A DNA stretch of 64,000 nt from Pseudogymnoascus verrucosus. Taxonomy: Eukaryota. Made by a program: the position numbers and the translations under genes. Below the pieces are notes generated by a model. That model was not told the origin of the DNA, ran no database searches, and worked only from the letters and a program-made list of their open reading frames with translations. Within the stretch, counting starts at the first letter, position 1; the number at the start of each line of letters is the position of its first letter. This document shows positions 24,829 through 36,904 of the stretch, piece after piece. Location of the stretch: the NCBI GenBank assembly GCA_001662655.1, contig KV460236.1, one strand, 5' to 3'.

Positions 24829-25531
24829 TATGACGGTAGTCGCCGGAGCTTGCGGTAACTTGGGGTGATTCAGACTCAAGACGTTCTTCAAAGATATATA
24901 TACAGGGAATGGAGGATAATGAGGACAGATAGCAAGGTAGTCAGCTATCGAAGATCTTTAACTATTAAACCTTCACGTCCCGGCTGAACTCATAACCCGC
25001 ATCCAATTGGCCTATGAGTTGCGTTCTGGATATTAATATAAGTTCAGAAGACCATTCGTAAATAGATTGAAGCCATTGGTCTGTTATGCATATGGTGGTA
25101 AACGTATGATGACGGACCCCGTACCTTTTTATATCTGAGGCGGGGGGGGTTTCAAGAAGTACCAAATCTTATCGGTGCCATAATCAGCCACCTCCAGTTT
25201 CGAAAAAGGGTCGGGCTCTAAAAAGAATATCGTGTGTGCTACTAAGATTATACGTTGGAGGGCTCACAGTATCTACAATTATAGTACACTGTCATGATTC
25301 TTCGGCATTGTAAGGCACAAAAAAATTGCATATACGAGTCACAGGTAATGAAGAAAAGACTGTCGTCCTGAATCCCATGTCATTTGATATGCTACACCGA
25401 AGAGAGTTCCGAAAGACCCAGCAAATGCCTTCCCTTATCATGCCCCTCTACTAACTCTGACCGTAGTCGATATTGTAGGATAGGGTTCATAACATCGTGT
25501 AACACCAGATACCAAATCTCAAAAGAATCCT

Positions 25532-26449
25532 CTACTCGTCGGCGGTGATCGCACGAGCTATTGACATGTTAGTGTTGTTGCTTTGATGATTTTAAATGGT
25601 TCTCCAATAAACGTACTGTAGATGCTCAGCGCACTGTGCGAGACAACCTTCTTGATGATGCCCTTCTCCTCCAAGTCGGCCAAACATCTGCGGGCAACGG
25701 AGCCGTTGATCTTCATTCTGTCGACCAGGACCGCGACGGTGATCAGGCGGTAGGTCTGGACATCTTTGTAAAGCTTGTCAGAGGTGGCCTTGTCGAGGAG
25801 GACGGCGTGTTGGGCCTTGTCCTTGACTATAATGCGATTCAGTCAGCGATGGGCCTCCAGGTAACAGCTCATGCGGTGGGATTATCTCGCAGCGCAGAGG
25901 AGCAGAGTGGAAGTTTACGCACCCTTTCCCTTCGACCACTTCTTCTTAGCCTTCTTGGGTCCGGTGTTTGCTGGAGCCTATCATAATAGGTTAGTATGTG
26001 GTAATGAATGCACGCGGCTATTCGACGTCTGGCTAGCATATTTGACGCGAGAGCGAGTCTGGTAGCTTGTCTGTCGCAGAGTTCGTGCCTTCCGTAAGAG
26101 ACGGGCATTTCGAAGCGACAGTCTCTGGAAGCTGGGTTGCTAATATGGATTGGCGCGCTGGGAATTCGAGGTTTCTTGTTGCCAACTCGATGCGGACAGA
26201 AACTCGTACCCATCCGACGCAGGCGAATTTTTTCCCCTCTTTCAGTGCGGAGGTCACATAGCAAGAACCTCAGTCGTTCGTTTGAGCGAACCTTTGTGGA
26301 CTTGGCCGTTGACGATATGTGCGAGTGGCGAGGGGTGTTGGTGCGTCCAGAAATGCCGCCAGAGTGTCGTTCGAATCAAATATGCGTAGCCAGACGTCGA
26401 AAATAATTGTATCGCCAACATATTTTTGAAAGGAATCCAAACTCACCAT
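25532..26449 (-). CDS. RPS25: 40S ribosomal protein S25, 4 exons (first coding exon = ATG only)
   Basis: M|APANTGPKKAKKKWSKGK|VKDKAQHAVLLDKATSDKLYKDVQTYRLITVAVLVDRMKINGSVAR...IY|TRAITADE*. Confidence 0.95.
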
Positions 26450-26692
26450 TTTGTTGTCGTGTGTGGTGATGTCGGATGGATTCTCGCAATCCAGAGTGGT
26501 TTGAGGTGTGCAAAATCTTAGGGTTTGCTGGGTGGGCCGACTGGCCCTAGACTAAATTCTGCCTAGCTTCACCAGACGTTAGCGCACACAACTCGGTAAG
26601 CATTTTCGCGAATTGAGCAACAGAATTAACGACGAGGCCGACGCTCAATTTCTTCACCAATCCATCCGACATCGACATCGACAATCGCAATC
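26450..26692. promoter_or_regulatory. Bidirectional RPS25/RPS5 promoter with TTAGGG / CCCTAG elements
   Basis: 243 bp between divergent ATGs; TTAGGGTTT at 26518, GGCCCTAG at ~26543. Confidence 0.6.
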
Positions 26693-27589
26693 ATGTCTGA
26701 CAGCGGAGAAATCGAAGTTGAGGCCATCCAGGGCTACCAGGTTCTGCCCAAGGATGTTACCGCTGAGATTGGCAGCATCAAGCTGTTCAACAAGTGGGTT
26801 CGTAAACCCGACGACTTTATCGAGTCGACTTCTAGGCGCGAGGAACAATGGGGCTGACGATATTTTTACAGGCTTACGATGAGGTTGAGGTCCGCGATAT
26901 CTCTTTGACGTAAGAATCCCTATTCCGCGACTTGGTTGGAGAGTTGGACAGCGGCGCACGCACAAAAAAAGAGCCATTCTGGGGCCAGAACAAGAAGGAG
27001 CCATGAGAACAACGGCTAACATACAACTCTACAGCGATTACATCCAGATCCGTGCCCCAGTCTACATCTCCCACTCCGCTGGCCGTTACGCCGCAAAGCG
27101 CTTCAGGAAGGCACAATGCCCGATCATCGAGCGTCTCACCAACTCTCTCATGATGAACGGCCGCAACAACGGAAAGAAGCTCATGGCTGTCCGCATCGTC
27201 GCCCACGCCTTTGAGATCGTACGTGCCCAACTGCAACATGCTGCCAACTACCGTCCACTAACAATTTTCAGGTCCACATCATGACCGACCAGAACCCCAT
27301 CCAAGTCGCCGTCGATGCCATCGTCAACTGCGGACCTCGCGAGGACTCCACCCGTATCGGATCCGCCGGTACCGTCCGTCGTCAAGCCGTCGATGTCTCC
27401 CCTCTCCGCCGTGTCAACCAGGCCATCGCTCTCCTCACAATCGGTGCCCGCGAGGCCTCTTTCCGCAACGTCAAGTCCGTCGCTGAGTGCTTGGCTGAGG
27501 AGCTGATCAACGCTGCCAAGGGAAGCAGCAACTCGTACGCCATCAAGAAGAAGGACGAGTTGGAGCGTGTTGCCAAGTCCAACAGATAA
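26693..27589 (+). CDS. RPS5: 40S ribosomal protein S5 (uS7), 4 exons
   Basis: [44 protein letters not shown]. Confidence 0.97.
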
Positions 27590-28056
27590 ATATTGTCTCG
27601 TTTTCCTGGGCATGGATGGAGTGGAACGGATGGGTTTTGCATGTTTTCGAGCTTTGTCTTTATGGGGCTATGCAAGGATGCAGAATGTCACGTAGATTGC
27701 TCATTTGAATGCTACACTCATGAAACAAACATACTTAGCACCTGTACCATTCTGAGATTATCGGTTCTACTTGATTGTGAATGTTCTGAGTTCCCTTCTA
27801 ACACGCACCGAGGAACCAGAGGGGCAGTAGAGTATTACTCTCTCCTATTGAAGTTAGGCTGTGGAAACCGAAGAGTTCTCATATTTCAGAAGCAAGTTAT
27901 GAGTAGCAGTTGCCCCTATATCAAGAGAAAATAAAAGCCACAGGTTTTTTATACTAATAACATTTTAGTTATAATATACAATATACATAGTGAGCAGCGT
28001 TCAACCCAACCATCCCACCACCACACAACACAACACAACTCCCTCCCTACATCCCC

Positions 28057-28812
28057 TCACCTCGGCACCTTAGGGAACACACTCATATCATACCCATTCC
28101 CCTTCTCCAACGCCCTCCTATACGCCGGTCTATCATAACACCTCTGCAACCACTCATCCAGCCTCGGAAACTCCACTCCCAAATCCAAATACCCCCTATG
28201 CCTAACCATCGTCATCGGAAACTCCAAAATCACATCCGCCCTCCCCGGCCGCTCCCCCATAAAGAACCCCCCCTCTGGCCCCCCCACCAACTCCCTCTCC
28301 AAACTCCCCAACTGCTTCCGCAACTCCGGTCCATCCAACACCCCACCCATGGGCCCCTCCCCAGTGCGTATCAGCCCGAAATCAAGCATCATAATGAACC
28401 CCGTCGCTCTCTGCAGATTCGTGCACGCCATGGAGGTGATAACTTCATCTCTCACCCAGTCCCCATCTTTCAACCCAAACTTGTCGTCAGTGTCGAAGGT
28501 GCGGATTAGGTATGTAGCGATGGCCAGCGATTCTGGGATGGTGCGGTTTCCATCTTTGGGGCCGGTGATGAGGAGGGGTGCTGTGCCGTGGGGGGAGACG
28601 GCGACGAGGGCGGGGGGGGATTGGAATGGGGCGGTGGGGTGGGTGGGGGGGTTGCGGGTGTGCAGGATGAGGTTGTATTCTATGTCTAGCTCTTCGAGGA
28701 GCCAGAGAATGCGTTGGGATTGTGAGTTCTGTGGTGGGGTTAGCAAGCTGAGGGGAAGGGTGGTGGGGGAACGCACGTTGAGGTGGTGGAAGGTGGGCTT
28801 GTTGTCTGACAT
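28057..28812 (-). CDS. Glutathione S-transferase (Gtt1-like); in-frame 48-nt intron 28729-28776
   Basis: HHLN|NSQSQRILWLLEEL, ESLAIATYL, GRADVILEFP, RPAYRRALEKG. Confidence 0.9.
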   Translation of the reverse strand: MSDNKPTFHHLNVRSPTTLPLSLLTPPQNSQSQRILWLLEELDIEYNLILHTRNPPTHPTAPFQSPPALVAVSPHGTAPLLITGPKDGNRTIPESLAIATYLIRTFDTDDKFGLKDGDWVRDEVITSMACTNLQRATGFIMMLDFGLIRTGEGPMGGVLDGPELRKQLGSLERELVGGPEGGFFMGERPGRADVILEFPMTMVRHRGYLDLGVEFPRLDEWLQRCYDRPAYRRALEKGNGYDMSVFPKVPR

Positions 28813-29580
28813 TGTGATTGTGGGGATGTTTCGCCGCGGGGTGTTGTTGGAATTGAAGAGGGTTGATGAGAGAGAAATGGATAAGGCGGGGAGAGCTATA
28901 CATATACTTCTTCAACTAACCTATTGATGTCGTCGTCGATGACTATTTTGTAGGATATATTATTATTATTACCAAGATCGTGGTCTAGACCAAACCACTT
29001 ATAAATACGGACTTTAACAGACGCCCGAATTCAACTAGGTTTAAACTCCTTCAGAGTCACAAAAAACACCATGGAATTATCGGACACCGTTCCCTGTATC
29101 TCCGCCCCTTGTAACTCCCCGTTTTGGGAAACTCCAAAAAGATCCCATGACCAAAAATATCAAAAAATCAAATACCAAACAAAACATCATAGTTATTAAG
29201 TTGACTAATTATCTACAGAGCTCCCCTTATGCGCCTTTCTCTCTAAACAAGAACGGCGATAAACGCGCTCCAGATCGAAAATGATAAAAAGAGTCAACTA
29301 CTCCGAAAAAAAAACAGCAGGCAACCACCAAACACCATATGACCGTTTTTGATAACACCGTACACCGAGTGCTATGCGGCGCTGCTTATAGAAAAACAAA
29401 CAGGTACTCAATTCAAATTCTCTCTTCCATCGTTCCATTTCGCCCCTAAACCCTGTCCCCCACGTTCCGGTTCGTCCCGGTCATCGCCGGTATGTCCAGA
29501 AAACTCCAGACCAACCGATATTCACGTACTCCTCTGGCATTCGTAATTCCATATTACAGTCATATTCCTGACTCATTGCT

Positions 29581-31590
29581 TCAAGCCCTGTTCATCCGTC
29601 CTCTTGACATACTCCGCGCGCTCCGGGGCGCCGTCGCCATTCCCGAGCTCAACGGCGCGGACACCTCGCGACCCTTCTTGGGTGTCATCAACTTGCTCAC
29701 TTGCGTCTGGTGCATGCTCCTTGCTCGACCTCTGCGTTCGCGGATCATAGCCAGGGCTTCCTCTCTGGACATCGTGGGGCTTAGCGCCGGGTCGAGGGAG
29801 GATGAGACGGCGGGGGTGGAAGAGGGGCGCTCGATAAGTGTCGAGTCGGAATCGGACGGTAGTGCTAGAGGGACTCTAGTTGTGGTTGAGATTGTGTGGA
29901 AGATTGGCTCGGAGTGCTCTTCATGGATGTGAGCTGGTGGGGTTGGGGCGGCTGGGCTTGATGATTCGACAGTTGGGTTTATGGCGTTGTTAAGATGCGA
30001 GGGGAACTTCTTGTTGAAAGCGGCACGATCTGTGGATTTTTGCCTGCTGTGTGAGAACCTTGGGCTTGCAGCATGTGAAGGATCCAAGGACTCGTTCCTT
30101 CCGTGGTTGCGGTAAGATGGCACCTCTTGGGGCGCCTCACTCATGCGCTGTGGACTCTGGCGATGAATGATGGTTGCCTCGCTCTCGGCGGGGCTGGGTG
30201 GTGCATCGAGAAGCGACATGAGAGATGCGCCTTCGGGGAGGATTGCAGCACTTGGTGGTTCACACGAAGGGGTTCTGGCGTGGAATGAGGGGCGGTTGGG
30301 GGTGTTGGAGAAGTTGATTAGAGGCTCGGCCCTCGATGGCTGGTACTGCTTCGGAGGAGAGATCCAAGGAGATTCTTGTGGCGGAGGTGAGACGGTGCGG
30401 AAAATTCCTTCTGCGGGGATGAATAATGTGCGTTGGAGCGCCTCGTTTGCGCGTCCTATATCGGATTCTTCGAGTTGGTCTTCGTCCTCTGTTACCTCCT
30501 CAGGTTTGATAAGTTCCTCTCTTGTCGTGTCTGGCCCAGCTGTCCGCATTGCCTTTGGAGAAAAGGCGGGCAACGGAATGCCCGTCCTCTCGGAGACTTT
30601 GCAAGAGCAGCAGTTGAAACGGCACTCCACTTCCATAAACTCCACTTGGTCAAAGGCTCGGTCAGCCCTATGCTGTTCCCACTCCAAAGCCCGCTTGAGA
30701 TTCTCGATTTCATCTTCGCTTGCAAGAGAAGACATGACAGAAATTCTCCGCAGAGGAGCGGTCGCCTTTCTTGGAGAAGCAAACTCGTCGTCTTCGCTCA
30801 GCTTTGGCAAGGGAAGTTGCCCCTCAGCGGCTATCCTCGCAACCTCCTCATTCTTTGCAATAGTCCTCAGTGCATCCCGCTCTTGTTCCACCAATTTCAT
30901 TTTTTCCACCATTCCTGCAAACTCCTCTTGAAGCCCCACCAGTTGGTATCGCGCCTCGAATGCCTCTTGTTCTCTCTTATTACTGCGCTCTTTCTCATCG
31001 TCCACATCCGATTGTGATTTCCTCAATTGTGTGCGCACAGCTTTGAGTTCTTCCTGCAGTTTGACGATGACAGATTGTGATTTAAAGGTGTCCTTTCGTG
31101 CCCTCCTGATTTCCTTCTCCCATAATGCTTGCGTGTGCCCGTGTGTCTCTTTCGCTCTGCCATAGTTTTCCTAGAAAGAGTTAGCATCATATACATTTAG
31201 CTTCGTGGCATTGAACCTTACCATGACGTTTTCCAGCCTTACTCCCACTTTCCTCTCCCTATCTTTGCCCTCCTGCACCTCTTTCCTTAACGATCGTGCC
31301 TCATCTCTGTATCGGCGCATCTCTGATTCAGCCTCCTCTCGTCCCAACATTGCGCGCTTGAGAGCCGCATCGTTCGTTCTCCGTTCCAGCGCCTTCCCTT
31401 GGAAGGCCAAAGTGTCGAACTTTGCCGCTTTCTCGTGCACGGAGCTGTCCCTCGAGTGACTTTGCTCCTGGTCGAACAGGCGCACTCTCGCTGAGGTATC
31501 TACATCGTATCGTTGCTGGTTGACTCTGTCAGGAGAAACCTGGTTGAGCGGGGCCCCGGACGAGGCCGGAAATTTGTAGTTTGGATCCAT
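29581..31590 (-). CDS. Uncharacterised fungal coiled-coil protein, 2 exons (intron ~31172-31221)
   Basis: AALKRAMLGREEAE coiled coil, MEVECRFNCCSC, low-complexity tail with REEALAMIRERRGRARS. Confidence 0.75.
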
Positions 31591-32764
31591 CGGTATCCGA
31601 AGATCTGTGAATGTGAGGATTGTGGACGTATGCACTGGTGACAATTACACCGAAGACCCCGATTATGTGGACTGTGATATCGATGATCGTGTATCGTTGA
31701 CTCGGTTACGCGCAATCCTGGGTTCTTCAACCGTGCAGTAAACACAGACGTCAAATGCGGCCTAGCGAGTTTTCGCGGTTGCTATGGCTGTACGGCACGT
31801 CTAGCTGCATCTGGACATTTGATAACAGGTCACGTGCCGATAACCGCCAACAGAAAAATTTATGGGACGAAAACGAGATAGGGAGGGATTAGCGGGTAGT
31901 ATTTCCCCTTATTAGGGTCTGGAGCAACTACGGAGAAGGACTAGAGTTATCTATCCATCCATGTACGGAGCACAGTCAAGAAATTTGTATCCATTTGGAT
32001 CCGTTTCTCCGTCCGGAGTATGTCCAGGTATACTATGGAGACTCAAATTCCTTGTTTGACGGCTCCGTAATTGCCGCATCGCACGTGACTAACAGCCTAC
32101 AGTCTACAACCTCGGATCGGTTTTTTCTCCTTTTCCTTGGGTGACCTTGGTTGTAACAACAGGGAACATGTTACTAATGACTCGGGCTGGGAAAAAATAA
32201 TAACGAAATAGTAAATCAAAATGGCCTTCATAACGAGTACTAAATGTCCATTTGCATAGTTTCTTCATACTCTTGACATATACGGTATCTCGGCTTACCC
32301 GCATTTTTTTTTGCCTACAATCAGACTATAAATGGATATCTGCAATTTGAATTTGAATGGCCAATTTTGTCGTATTGGACCTTGGTACATGCCTTGGGCT
32401 GCAAGTCTGTAAATTGAGACATTTTGCTGTAACATTAGTGGTTCAGTGCTGGTAAAAACTGTGGTTCTAACAAGCCCCAACTGGCCCCAACTGGCCCCAA
32501 TGGACCCAACCCCATGCTAATATTTGTTCCGTTGCGGCAAAAGATCATGTCCCGAATCGCCCCGACACAATTTTCTTAGCGCGTGTCGCTAGCACGCTCC
32601 TCATCGCTCGCCTACTCAAAATTCTGTCTTCCTCCCCTTCTTTTAAATACTTCCATCCTATTGCCGTTCTCTACATCACCAGTTTCTTCATTCTCGTAGA
32701 ACACATCTCCCCTCAATCCTTCTTCTGCAAATTTGTCAAGTTTATTCTTTGATAAACCGCAAAA

Positions 32765-34313
32765 ATGGGTGCCGTCGTCGAAGATAAGAAGTCCTTCATG
32801 GGCATGCCCGTAAGTTTTCTCTCCATCCGTCCGATCACCTCAGCCAGCACCATCCACATTCAGCACATCTCATCAGCAATCGACTTCAACGCCATCATGC
32901 AGCATCTACAGATCTCAATGGACATCATACTGCCATTTTCAAGATGATTGGATGCTTCAATTGGTTGTCGCGGAGCTGTATGAGATGGTGTTGTGGTCGA
33001 TTGAAATTTTCACGTTCGCTCCTTTATTCCAGTAACTAACTCAATTCTTCAATAGGGCTTCGTTGTCGATTTCTTGAGTATGTCAAACCACATCCAATAC
33101 CTTCCAGCGATAAATTCGATGAAATTGCTGCTGCCAGCAACGGACCGAATTTTCCGCACCCTGAAGGCTTTATCAACAACGATCAATACTGACAATTGCT
33201 CCCAGTGGGTGGTGTCTCCGCCGCCGTCTCCAAGACTGCCGCTGCTCCTATCGAGCGTGTCAAGCTCCTGATCCAGAACCAGGTATGTTGCAAAACCCTT
33301 ATACTCCGAAACACTCCAATCTGCAGTGCTGTAAACATCGCGCCTAGCTCGCCATCTCCCCAGGTGACATAGGTAGCTCAAACGCGTCAGCGATGTTCCG
33401 GTGCTTGCTTTTCGGGGCTGTTTTTGGGATGTTTTTCAGGAACCAATTGCTAATACGCAACTTTAGGATGAGATGTTGAAGTCTGGTCGTCTCGACCGCA
33501 AGTACGATGGTATCACTGAGTGCTTCAAGCGTACCATCAACCAGGAGGGTGTCGCTTCCCTCTGGAGAGGAAACACCGCCAACGTCATCCGTTACTTCCC
33601 TACCCAGGCCCTTAACTTCGCTTTCCGCGACACCTACAAGGCCATGTTCGCCTTCAAGAAGGAGCGTGATGGATACGCCAAGTGGATGATGGGTAACCTC
33701 GCATCCGGTGGTGTAAGTTTTGTTCTGCCTTTGATCGTAAGATTTTTACTGACTGATATAGGCTGCTGGTGCCACTTCCCTCCTCTTCGTCTACTCCCTG
33801 GATTACGCCCGTACCCGTCTTGCCAACGATAACAAGAACGCCAAGAGCGGTGGTGAGCGCCAGTTCAACGGCTTAGTCGATGTCTACAAGAAGACCCTCG
33901 CTTCCGACGGTATTGCCGGTCTTTACCGTGGTTTCGCTCCCTCCGTCTTCGGTATCGTCGTCTACCGTGGTCTCTACTTCGGAATGTACGATTCCATCAA
34001 GCCAGTTCTCCTCGTCGGCCCTCTTGAGGGTAACTTCCTTGCTTCTTTCGCTCTCGGATGGTCCGTCACCACTGGTGCTGGTATCGCTTCTTACCCTCTG
34101 GATACTATCCGTCGTCGCATGATGATGACCTCTGGTGAGGCCGTCAAGTACAAGGGCTCCTTCGATGCTGGTCGCCAGATCATCGCCAAGGAGGGTGTCA
34201 GGTCTCTCTTCAAGGGTGCTGGTGCCAACATCCTTCGTGGTGTTGCCGGTGCCGGTGTCCTGTCCATCTACGATCAGATGCAGCTGATCCTTTTCGGAAA
34301 GGCCTTCAAATAG
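32765..34313 (+). CDS. AAC: Mitochondrial ADP/ATP carrier; exons 32765-32809, 33056-33077, 33206-33282, 33467-33712, 33762-34313
   Basis: [37 protein letters not shown], signature RRRMMM; exon phases sum correctly. Confidence 0.97.
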
Positions 34314-35077
34314 ATAACTCGACCAGTTATGGGTAGTAGTGGATAAAAATGGTGTGTGACGGGAGGTTCTGATAATGGTGTGCTACGATGGACGTTGTTG
34401 GGAGCCGGGTGGATAAGTTGTTGCAGACATCCATTGCCATGGTTCTGGAGCAGCTTGCGGTTGTTAAGGGTAGACCTTGATGCTGCTGTACTTTATAGCC
34501 TACGCAATTTTTTCCTGATGTATTTCTCTTGACTTTTTGATAACGATCAAACACCCCACTGGATTTTATTTTTTTCTCTTCGTTGGCTGTTTCGCGCGCA
34601 CATGCGACGATAGATATGGGACTTGATTATGAAATAGAGAGGCTTACTTTAACCGCGCCGTGCATTACGTATCGTGACGTTTATCGTGATTCCCCTTGCA
34701 GCGTAGACGCCGTGTTATGCAACTCTCCCGTGTCACGAGTACAGAGCCGATGCAGTCCTTGGTTGGTAGGCAATTGCATTTAAGTGGGCTTTTTGTGCCG
34801 TTTAACTCCCGTGGTGAGCCCTATTCGCGGTACAGTATTTGGGATTCTGTAATAGATATCCTCGGCTCCCATTATGGCTTGGTTACTTTCAGCATAGGAT
34901 TTAACCACAGAATAATGTGTGGCAATTTCATATAAATACTAGTTGTGGTTTTAAAAATAGTCTTTCATTTCCTAATATTTATAGCATCTCGAGAAAAATA
35001 AATCACAATGAATGATATTGATAATATCCACTACAACAAGACCCCTAAAATACCCCATACAGCTACAAACCACCACC

Positions 35078-36904
35078 CTACCCACTCAGAAACCCCCTCT
35101 GCTGATTCCTCGCAAGCTCCGCCGTAAACGCATCAATCTTCACCGCAATCAAAACACATTCCACCGCACTCTTATCATTCGAAGCCGCCTGCACCCTCAC
35201 CCTCCACTGCCCCGTCCTAACAGTCCAGACCTCGCTCTCCGCGCCTCCCTCCACTCTCCTCCTCTTCCTCGACGGCGCATCCACATCCACCACACCATCT
35301 TCCTCCATCTTCACCCCACTCTCCCCCTCCTCCTCCTCCTTCCACACCTTCCCATCCAGCACAATCGAACTTCCCCCCTCAAACACAACCTTCACACCCC
35401 CTTCCCCCAACGTCCCACTCGCCGGGCTCTCAGGCTGACTCCCCGCTCCACTCCCCATCAGCAGACCCATGGGACGTGCATTGGGCATGTTGATTTTATT
35501 AGCCAGTACCTCGACGAGGCGATTAACTCTTTTCTTCGCATCGCCGGAGAACTCAGCGCGCATGGTGTCGACGTCAAGACGTGTGCATTCCCCACTGATC
35601 TCGATGATGAGCTCGTGCGGCGTGGTGTCAACGAAAGGACGCATGTAGTGCACCCACCCCGACATACTGGGCGCGGAGTAGCGGAGATGTCTTGCGAAAG
35701 GCTCGGGAGAGGGGACAGTCTGGAAGGGTGCATCGAAGGTGATGCTTAGGCCCGGCTGGCGGATATCTTCTAATCGGATAGTTATCTCATCCTTCCCGCG
35801 CTGGAGATTATGCGATATAGAATGCGGTATGAGTTTCTGCTCCAGCCCCTTGAAGAGGAAATATCTACAATCTCTAAGCAGTTCGGCACGGTGGGCTTCG
35901 TTGCGGATGTGCAGCGGGTAGCCCTTGAGCATGTGGATTAGCTCAGCGAAGACTTCGCCGGAGCGGCTGGGGACGGCGGGGGGGACGATGGAGGGCGGCC
36001 GAAGGAGGCCGGCGCGGTCGAGGCCGGGGAAGACGGCGTCGGTGGAGGAGAACATGACGGCGAAGCCGAGGGTGAAGTAGTTGGGGGTGTCGCCGGGGGC
36101 GGTGAAGAGGTCTTTTTGAACGCGGAATTCGCGCCCGCCGATGGAGATGTAGATGTTGTCTTCAAAGAGCTGGCTTACTAGCCTTGGTACTGGGAATGGG
36201 ATTAATAGAGGCTGGGGATGGGGTGGCAGGTGCACTTACGTTGGTAGAATTGGGCGTCGGCGAATAGCTTGACGAAGTGCGATCCATCGCGGGGCTGGAT
36301 GTGGTAGCCCTGTAGATGCCGCGATATATCGGAGAATATCGTGGGATCTCGGTCGATGTATAACGTCTTGATTCCTTGGTCTGGTTCGCCCTGTGCCCTG
36401 CGGGTCTCGGCCGTGGCTAGCTGGCACTTAAAGTACTCCGAGAAATATGAGGGTGCTCTAGGTTTCTCAGCTGGGGTTCTAAACGCTGTAGAAGGTGGTA
36501 TAAAAAGATATGTTTCGTGAGATAACAGGGAATAGCTTGCAGACAGTATGTTTGCATGTGAAGGAAAAGGGGGTCATATAACTCAATGGCTCAATATTCA
36601 GGTGAATAATCACCAATTCGATGGAGACCAAAGTCATCTTGACGCGTCCAGACACCCATCCCCATCACCACATGCACTCCCCAATATGAAAAACGAGCCA
36701 GAACCAGACAAGACAGATAGAAATAATAAATTACATACCATCAGAACTGATACTGGCCCCGCTCAACCTAAATAGCTTGCTCCCGATCTGAATCGGAAAC
36801 ACCTTCTCGTGTGGCAAAACATGAGGGATCTCTAGTCCCCTCACCGTCGCCGGATCTCTCACAATTCCCGGGGCTCCGTGTCCATTCCCCATTAAGCTCG
36901 CCAT
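35078..36904 (-). CDS. Tandem BTB/POZ-domain fungal protein (YLR108C/YDR132C-like), 3 exons
   Basis: Exon 1 LPHEKVFPIQIGSKLFRLSGASISSD, exon 2 APSYF...LYIDRDP...DAQFY, exon 3 IGGREF..PNYF..LLRDCRYF. Confidence 0.8.
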
